A DNA stretch of 64,000 nt, taken from positions 672,001 through 736,000 of the forward strand of contig CBDCOH010000002.1 of assembly GCA_965219685.1 (NCBI GenBank). The letters run 5' to 3'. The position numbers were made by a program, and so were the translations under genes. The notes beneath the pieces are model-generated. The model saw only the letters and a list, made by a program, of their open reading frames with translations. It ran no database searches and was not told the DNA's origin. The stretch is from Candidatus Spongiisociaceae bacterium (GTDB lineage Bacteria; Actinomycetota; Acidimicrobiia; Spongiisociales; Spongiisociaceae). Positions 57,381-64,000 of the stretch are shown in pieces (position 1 is the stretch's first letter; every line of letters starts with the position of its first letter).

Positions 57381-58349
57381 TTACGAACTCTCGCGGGCGC
57401 TCGGTTTGAAGATGATGAACGCCACGTCGGCGGCCAGGTTGGAGAGGACGAACAGCAACGCGCCGACCATCGCGATCCCGGTAACGATGTTGAAGTCGCC
57501 GGTCGTGGCCGAATCGATCATCTTCCAGCCCAAGCCGCGGAGGTTAAAGACCCTCTCGACCAGCACCACCCCGCCCAGGATGTAGCCGGCCTGCAAGCCG
57601 AGCACGGTCAACGGGGCCACCAGCGCGTTACGGAGCACGTTCTTGCGGACGATCACGCGGTCCCGCAGTCCCATCCCGCGCGCCGTACGTACGTAGTCCT
57701 TCTCCAGCTCGTCCAGGACCGAAGAACGCACCACGCGGGTCAGGAATCCGCCTACGGGAAGGGCTATCGACAATGAGGGGAGGATGAGGGACCTCAACCA
57801 TCCGATTCTGTCCTCGGAGAAGGGCACCCAGCTTCCTGCGGGTAACCACGTGAACCCTATGGGGTTCGCTAGGGCGAATGTCAGGATTAATAGCAGAGCC
57901 AGCCAGAAGATCGGCATCGAGAGCACGCCCAGCGTCACCGCCCTGACCGAGGAGTCCCACCAACTGCCCGCGAAATAGGCGGAGGTCACCCCCAGTACGA
58001 AGGCGATGAGCGTAGCGAGGAACAGCGAAGACGCCGCCACCGACAGCGAGATCCCGATGCCCTCGCCGAGGATGGCCAGGACGGGCCGGTCGCCATAGAC
58101 GCTCAAACCGAAGTCGCCGGTGGAAAGGTCGCCCAGGTACCGCCCGTAGCGGATGAGTACCGGATCGTTGAGCCCGAACTCCTCGGCGAGTTGCTCGCGC
58201 GCCTCGTCGCTGGCGTACAGTCCCAGACCGGCGTAGCGGGCGTCGACGGGAGAGAACTCAAGCATCACGAACACGTAGAACGTAATGCCGATGACGACAG
58301 GTAGGGCCTGGAGGAGACGTTGCAGGACGAGCCTACCCACGTCTCCCAT
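57381..58349 (-). CDS. peptide ABC transporter permease (OppB-like)
   Basis: GL.DP...RY..Y......GDFG.S, DYVRTAR..GL, RNAL and VE.VF...GLG. Confidence 0.94.
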   Translation of the reverse strand: MGDVGRLVLQRLLQALPVVIGITFYVFVMLEFSPVDARYAGLGLYASDEAREQLAEEFGLNDPVLIRYGRYLGDLSTGDFGLSVYGDRPVLAILGEGIGISLSVAASSLFLATLIAFVLGVTSAYFAGSWWDSSVRAVTLGVLSMPIFWLALLLILTFALANPIGFTWLPAGSWVPFSEDRIGWLRSLILPSLSIALPVGGFLTRVVRSSVLDELEKDYVRTARGMGLRDRVIVRKNVLRNALVAPLTVLGLQAGYILGGVVLVERVFNLRGLGWKMIDSATTGDFNIVTGIAMVGALLFVLSNLAADVAFIIFKPSARESS

Positions 58350-58419
58350 CAGGCCCTACCAGCGACGAGCAATATCAATGTGATACGGCTCCGTTCCTGT
58401 ATCGGTTACTGCCCGGAGA

Positions 58420-60156
58420 TCACATTCCCGAGGGATGGACGCCGAACATGGTCATGCCGAGCGTCTGGGGCATCTGGTAACCGGCTACCGACTTGTGCCA
58501 AGCATGAGCGATCGGCTGGAACAGGATCGGAACCGCTCCTGCTTCGGTGACGAGTATCTCGTTGGCCTGAGCGTACAGATCGTTCTGCTTGTCGAAGTCC
58601 GGTTCCTCCAGCGCTTCGTCGAGGAGCTCGTTGAGCCTTCCTGGTACGCCCGGTGTGGCGAAGCTGGCGTTCTCGGCCCAACCGCCCCACCAGCCGCGGA
58701 ACAGGTTGTCCGGGTCGTAGGTGAACACTTCGAAGCCGATGGTGGCCACCCAGGCGTCGTACCGGGCGGGACCGCCGTCTTCAGGCCGCATGATGTCGGA
58801 CACCCAGCGGGCATCGATCGAATCGACCAGCAGCAGCGGGTCGAAACCGCCCTCCTGCATAGTCTGGGCCAGCAGGGGTGCCTGCGGGTAGACGTACGCC
58901 CACTCCACCACGCCCAACTGGAACTGCACGGGCGCAGTGTCCGGGTCGTAGCCGGCTTCCCTCAGCAGTTCCTTCGACTTCTCGGGGTCGTAGTTGTACT
59001 GCATCTGCGGTTCCCTGAACCGGTCGCTCTCCGGAGGGAGCGGCGAGCGGGCAATCCGACCTTCGCCTGCCAAGCCGATTTCGATCAGCTGCGGTGCGTT
59101 GATGGAGTACATCACCGCCTGGCGCACCAGCTGGTTGTCGAAGGGAGGCTTGGTGGTGTTGAAGAAGATCATCTCGAGGAACGTGGTCTCCCGAGCTACG
59201 CCCAGGCTGAGGTTCGGCGAGTCCTCGATAGCCCGGTAGAGCTGCGGCGACACGCCGTCCAGGATCTGCACTTGGCCGGCCTCGGCCTGGGCAATCCGGC
59301 CCGAAAGTTCCGGGATGACCAGATAGGTGATGTCCTTGGCCGCCAGGGGCATGGGACCCTCGTATCCGTCGTACCGCTTGAAGGTGTTGATCTCGGTGTC
59401 GAACGGGCCGTCAACCATCATCGAACCCGACGAAGGAGTCGGCGCGAACGAGTAGTCCATGCCTCCCATCGCCTCGACGACCGCCTCCGGATAGGCGTTG
59501 ATACCGGAGATCCGCTGGAACAGGACGTCCTCGGGCATCCGTTGGGTGAGGTTTATCCGCAACTCGTCGTCGGCAACGACCTCTACCGATTCGATGAAGG
59601 AGATGTACGACGTGAAGGGCGACCCCAACTCCCTTTCCGGCGCCAGGCGGTCGAATCCGTACGCGATGTCGGAGGCCTTGATCGGCGAGCCGTCGGTGAA
59701 CGTCCGGTCTGTGCGCACCTTCACGCTATAGGTGGTGCCATCGACCTGCTGGGGCATCTCGGCCGCCAGGCCAGGAATCAGTGACCGATCGGGCAGCTTG
59801 ATCAACAGACCCTCAAAGGTGTGCTGACCCGAGGCGAGCGCGCCGCCGGTGGTCCGGTTGTTGTCGAGCGAGATCCAACCACCCACCTGTGCGAGGGTGA
59901 TGCTCTCGAACTCCGCGGGAGCGTCCGCCATCATCGCCGTGGTCGTGGTCTCCTCCATCGCCGCGGTGGTATCCGGCGTCTCTTCGGCCATCGCCGCAGT
60001 CGTTGCCGGCGCCTGGGTGGTCGCGGGGGCTGCGGCCGTGGTAGCGGCGGGCTCGTCATCCCCGCACGCGGCCAACACGGTCGGCGCAACTGCGCCTACC
60101 CCGATAATCAATCCACTTCGCTTGAGGAACTTTCTGCGGTCCATCGGCTCGGTCAC
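58420..60156 (-). CDS. family 5 ABC substrate-binding lipoprotein (Tat signal)
   Basis: DRRKFLK Tat motif, LAAC lipobox, Ala/Thr-rich linker, and SBP_bac_5 motifs (FN..KPPFD...VRQA, YDPEK). Confidence 0.92.
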   Translation of the reverse strand: MTEPMDRRKFLKRSGLIIGVGAVAPTVLAACGDDEPAATTAAAPATTQAPATTAAMAEETPDTTAAMEETTTTAMMADAPAEFESITLAQVGGWISLDNNRTTGGALASGQHTFEGLLIKLPDRSLIPGLAAEMPQQVDGTTYSVKVRTDRTFTDGSPIKASDIAYGFDRLAPERELGSPFTSYISFIESVEVVADDELRINLTQRMPEDVLFQRISGINAYPEAVVEAMGGMDYSFAPTPSSGSMMVDGPFDTEINTFKRYDGYEGPMPLAAKDITYLVIPELSGRIAQAEAGQVQILDGVSPQLYRAIEDSPNLSLGVARETTFLEMIFFNTTKPPFDNQLVRQAVMYSINAPQLIEIGLAGEGRIARSPLPPESDRFREPQMQYNYDPEKSKELLREAGYDPDTAPVQFQLGVVEWAYVYPQAPLLAQTMQEGGFDPLLLVDSIDARWVSDIMRPEDGGPARYDAWVATIGFEVFTYDPDNLFRGWWGGWAENASFATPGVPGRLNELLDEALEEPDFDKQNDLYAQANEILVTEAGAVPILFQPIAHAWHKSVAGYQMPQTLGMTMFGVHPSGM

Positions 60157-60230
60157 GGCCTACTCCTCCTCCTGAGCGAGCACATACAAAAAATGGCCGC
60201 ACGCACCGAAGCGGGCGACCTGACTGAACA

Positions 60231-60244
60231 TCTTATGCATGAGA
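60231..60244. promoter_or_regulatory. near-perfect palindrome TCTTATGCATGAGA in divergent promoter region
   Basis: 14 bp with one mismatch, between the SBP and hydantoinase starts. Confidence 0.4.
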
Positions 60245-60418
60245 GGGCGAACCGGCAAACCAACTCCGAATCGGGCAGCTTCAAACTGCCGGGCTCTCCA
60301 TGAAGGGAGCACCGGGTCGTTAGGTGAATGTAGGTGAATTCGGCAGGACCGCTCTCGCATCGCGTGCGCGAGTTGCGTATGCTGGCGCCCGCCGAGAGTA
60401 CGAGCGTCGGGGTGTTGA

Positions 60419-62536
60419 GTGGTCGGATCAGCGGACAACGGATCGGTAGGCGGCGGGGCGCGGGTCGGCGTTGACATCGGAGGTACATTCACCGATCTTA
60501 TGATGGTGGATGAGTCTGGCGAAGTCGTGATCGGCAAGGTCCTCACCACCGCCGATCCATCCAAAGGTGTCGAAGAAGTCCTGATGCGAACCCTCGAACG
60601 TTCGGGGGATGCCGCCCGCTCGGTACGTCACCTGGTTCATGGGACGACGCTCGTTACGAACGCCATTATCGAGCGCAAGGGTGCTCGCACTGCTCTGGTT
60701 ACGACAGCCGGGTTCCGCGACTCAATAGAGATCGGCCGGGAGCACCGTTACGAACTCTATGACCTCAACCTGGAGCATCCGAAGCCGCTCGCCCCGCGCC
60801 ACCTGCGCTTCGCGGTCCCCGAAAGAACCCTTGCCGACGGGACCCAGGCGGTCGCACTCGACAGCGAACATATGGCCCGCCTGGTAAGTGAGTTGGCCGG
60901 AGCCGGGGTCAAGGCAGTGGCGGTTTGTTTCCTGCACTCTTTCACCAATCCCGACTCCGAGATACGGGCCCGTTCAGTCATCGAGACCGTGGCGCCCGAG
61001 TTGCGGGTGTCGATCTCGTCCGAGGTGGTTCCCGAGATCGGGGAGTTCGAGAGGGCGTCCACGACCATTGCCAACGTGTACGTGCAGCCGCTCGTCGAAA
61101 GTTACCTATTCGGACTCCGGCAGCGATTGGAGGGCGTTGGTTTTGACGGGCAGTTGTTCGTCATGCTCTCCAGCGGGGGGGTGGCGACGCTGGACACGTG
61201 CATGCAGTTCCCGATCCGTCTCCTCGAATCGGGGCCCGCCGCCGGCGCCCTGGCTGCGGCGGCGGTCGGCGATGCCATGGGTCGGGACTCGTTACTGTCG
61301 TTTGACATGGGTGGCACCACCGCCAAACTCAGCGTGGTGGACGGGGGGGAACCGCTGGTCACCCATGACTTCGAGGTGGACCGCCGCTACCGCTTCAAGA
61401 AGGGATCCGGCCTCCCGGTGAGGGTGCCGGTCATAGAGATGATCGAGATCGGAGCCGGCGGTGGCTCGATCGCCCGGGTCGACGCCCTGGGGTTACTGAA
61501 GGTGGGGCCCGACTCGGCCGGCGCCGACCCCGGACCGGTCTGCTACGCGCGGGGAGGGGAGTTCCCGACCGTCACCGACGCCGATCTCGTCCTCGGGTAT
61601 CTCGATCCCGACTACTTCCTGGGCGGCGCTATGAAACTCGACGTGGCCGCGGCCGAGGCTGCGCTGGCGGAGAGCATCGGCGACCCGCTGCGGATGTCGG
61701 TGCCCGAGGCCGCGTGGGGAGTCCACCAGGTCGTCAACGAGGCTATGGCCAACGCCGCCCGGGTCCATGTCGTCGAGCGCGGGAAGAACCCGAGGGCGCT
61801 TCCGGTGGTCGCCTTCGGAGGCGCCGGCCCGGTCCACGGGTACGGGGTCGCCGAGTTACTGGGCAGCACCGAGCTGGTCCTGCCCTACGGCGCGGGGGTC
61901 ACCAGCGCCATGGGGCTCCTGGTGGCGCCACTGGCCTTCGACTTCGTCCGGTCTCACTACGGCCGGCTCGACGAACTGGACTGGAGCGAGGTGAACGGCA
62001 TATTCGACGAGATGGAGCGGCTCGGAACTGAGATCCTGGTTGACTCGGGGGCCGGCCCCGAGGAGATAGAGCACGCCAGGACAGCCGACATCCGCTATGT
62101 CGGACAGGGCCATGAGATACGTGTCCCGATCCCGGACGGGACCCTGACCGTCGACCAGCGCCGGACGATATACGAGGAGTTCGATCGGGTTTACCAGAGC
62201 CTCTACGGTCGGGAGGGACCACCGGTCGGTCTTGAAGCCCTCACTTGGAGGGTGGTGAGCCGGGGCCCGCGGCCACCGGTGATCCGCGCCGGGACCGACG
62301 CCGTGACAGGCGATGCGGCGGTAGCTCGCAAGGGTGAGCGTCCGGCCTTCTTCGCTTCGGCAGGGGGATTCGTCGAGACCCCTGTTTACGACCGGTACCG
62401 GTTGGGTCCCGGCTCTACGATGACGGGACCGGCGATAATCGAGGAACGAGAGTCCACGGCGATCATCGGGCCCGGCGGACAGGTGCATGTGGACGAAGGA
62501 CTCAACATCGTCGTCGGGCTGGGAGGGGGAACATGA
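60419..62536 (+). CDS. hydantoinase/5-oxoprolinase subunit A
   Basis: GVDIGGTFTD, HGTTL.TNA, ESGPAAG, DMGGTT, IGAGGGSIA and FGGAGP.H. Confidence 0.95.
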   Translation: MVGSADNGSVGGGARVGVDIGGTFTDLMMVDESGEVVIGKVLTTADPSKGVEEVLMRTLERSGDAARSVRHLVHGTTLVTNAIIERKGARTALVTTAGFRDSIEIGREHRYELYDLNLEHPKPLAPRHLRFAVPERTLADGTQAVALDSEHMARLVSELAGAGVKAVAVCFLHSFTNPDSEIRARSVIETVAPELRVSISSEVVPEIGEFERASTTIANVYVQPLVESYLFGLRQRLEGVGFDGQLFVMLSSGGVATLDTCMQFPIRLLESGPAAGALAAAAVGDAMGRDSLLSFDMGGTTAKLSVVDGGEPLVTHDFEVDRRYRFKKGSGLPVRVPVIEMIEIGAGGGSIARVDALGLLKVGPDSAGADPGPVCYARGGEFPTVTDADLVLGYLDPDYFLGGAMKLDVAAAEAALAESIGDPLRMSVPEAAWGVHQVVNEAMANAARVHVVERGKNPRALPVVAFGGAGPVHGYGVAELLGSTELVLPYGAGVTSAMGLLVAPLAFDFVRSHYGRLDELDWSEVNGIFDEMERLGTEILVDSGAGPEEIEHARTADIRYVGQGHEIRVPIPDGTLTVDQRRTIYEEFDRVYQSLYGREGPPVGLEALTWRVVSRGPRPPVIRAGTDAVTGDAAVARKGERPAFFASAGGFVETPVYDRYRLGPGSTMTGPAIIEERESTAIIGPGGQVHVDEGLNIVVGLGGGT

Positions 62537-63999
62537 CCACCCGGACCAGGCTGGACCCGGTTCTCATCGAGGTGCTCTGGAGCCGGGTGCTCTCGGTCGT
62601 CAACGAGCAGCAGGTGGCTCTGCAACGAACGGCGTTCAGCACGATCGTGCGCGAGACGCAGGACCTGGCATGCGGCGTCTTCGACACCAATGGCTGGATG
62701 ATGGCGCAGTCGGTGACGGGGACCCCGGGCCACATCAACGCCATGGCCACCGGGGTTCGTCACTTCCTCGAGGAGTACCCGCCCGGGACGCTGCAGCCCG
62801 GCGACGTCCTGATAACCAACGACCCGTGGATGACTGCCGGCCAGATAAACGACATAACGGTGTTGACGCCGGTCTTCAAGAACGGCGCCGAGGTGGCGTA
62901 CTTCGCCAATACCTGCCACGCGGCCGACATCGGCGGACGGATCCTCTCCGCCGAGGCCCGGGAGGTCTACGAAGAGGGTCTGCGCATCCCGATCATGAAA
63001 CTGTACGACCGGGGTGTCATCAACCGGGACCTGATCTCCATCGTCCGCGCCAACGTGCGGACTCCCGACGAAACGGTGGGTGATCTCTACGCCCAGACTT
63101 CCTGTAACGACGTAGGCGCCCGGGCGTTGCTCGGTTTCATGGACGAGTTCGATCTCGACACCATCGATCCTCTCTCACGCGAGATCATCGCCCGCTCCGA
63201 GGAAGCGATGCGGAGCGCCATCCGCGAGATTCCCAACGGTGTTCACCAGCACGAGACCTGGAGCGACGGTTTCGACGAGACTCCGATTCTCATCAGAGCG
63301 ACGGTAACCATCGACGACGAGGACATCTTCATCGACTTTGCCGGCTCCTCGCCCGAGAGTGTCCGGGGTATCAACGTGGTCTTCAACTACACCCACGCGT
63401 ATGCCTCGTTCGCCATGAAGGCTGCGATAAGCCCCGACGTTCCCCATAACGACGGGGCCTTCCGTCCCGTTCACGTGTCGGCGCCGCCGGGATCGATCCT
63501 CAACTGTCTGGAGCCGGCCGCGGTGGCGTCGCGTCATCTAATCGGCCATTTCCTTCCGGGTGTCGTGTTCGGGGCGCTGGCCGACGCGCTACCCGAGCAA
63601 CTGATGGCACCCGGCTCCGACCCGATCTGGATCTCCATCTGGAGGGGCAGGCCCCGGCAGTCGACCGACCTGTTCACGTTCAGCCTCTTCCAGTGCGGAG
63701 GCGCGGGTGCCCGGGCAGCCAAGGACGGACTCAACACGACCGGATTCCCCAGCGGAGTGGCGGGTGTACCGGCTGAGTCGGTGGAGACCCTTACGTCGAT
63801 GGTCCAGCACCGCCGCGAGTTGCGCACCGACTCCGGAGGCGCGGGCAGGTTCCGGGGCGGTCTCGGCCAGTGGACGGAGATGGCCTGCCGCACGGACGAA
63901 GCATGGACGGTGTCGGCGATGGTCGACCGCATCTCGTATCCGCCCGAGGGCCTGCTGGGAGGCGAGTCCGGATCGGCCGGCGAGTTCATGATCGACGGT
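62533..63999 (+). CDS. hydantoinase/5-oxoprolinase subunit B (runs off window end)
   Basis: Manual translation: MTTRTRLDPVLIEVLWSR...RTAFSTIVRETQD...PGDVLITNDPW...HAADIGG...EEGLRIP...DSGGAGRFRGG. ATGA overlap with subunit A. Confidence 0.94.
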   Translation, partial: MTTRTRLDPVLIEVLWSRVLSVVNEQQVALQRTAFSTIVRETQDLACGVFDTNGWMMAQSVTGTPGHINAMATGVRHFLEEYPPGTLQPGDVLITNDPWMTAGQINDITVLTPVFKNGAEVAYFANTCHAADIGGRILSAEAREVYEEGLRIPIMKLYDRGVINRDLISIVRANVRTPDETVGDLYAQTSCNDVGARALLGFMDEFDLDTIDPLSREIIARSEEAMRSAIREIPNGVHQHETWSDGFDETPILIRATVTIDDEDIFIDFAGSSPESVRGINVVFNYTHAYASFAMKAAISPDVPHNDGAFRPVHVSAPPGSILNCLEPAAVASRHLIGHFLPGVVFGALADALPEQLMAPGSDPIWISIWRGRPRQSTDLFTFSLFQCGGAGARAAKDGLNTTGFPSGVAGVPAESVETLTSMVQHRRELRTDSGGAGRFRGGLGQWTEMACRTDEAWTVSAMVDRISYPPEGLLGGESGSAGEFMIDG

Positions 64000-64000
64000 G

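Overview
High-GC bacterial chromosomal segment. Gene content and order point to Actinomycetota, most likely class Acidimicrobiia (inference). The window runs as follows: partial ilvD; a metallophosphoesterase, UvrD-HRDC helicase, SRPBCC, Hsp20 and ROK glucokinase block; SulP and MFS transporters; a type II fatty acid synthesis operon (fabD-fabH-fabG-acpP-fabF); a mixed block (Nudix, histidine phosphatase, dinB, DUF3040, MerR regulator, redoxin, HNH, Fur); the dcw cluster from mraZ to divIVA, lacking murF and ddl; an oppositely oriented ileS; yggU-dksA-lspA-rluD-dnaE; an unusual aroQ plus alpha/beta-hydrolase fusion; a TIGR04255-like protein; and a catabolic island (SDR, PTER-like amidohydrolase, MDR oxidoreductase, peptide-type ABC importer, hydantoinase/oxoprolinase A and B). 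I recognised no tRNA, rRNA, CRISPR array, transposase or integrase. The most striking unexplained structure is a family of about 15 intergenic 7-bp tandem-repeat loci (GGTGAGT, GGTGAAT, GGTAGTC and variants). They show a strict polarity: wherever both arms occur, the G/T-rich arm is on the left and the C/A-rich arm on the right, whatever the orientation of the flanking genes. The G-rich arm often begins inside a stop codon, the arrays share ordered higher-order units, and they are absent from the dcw operon. Start codons were adjusted by eye from the ORF track and are approximate.
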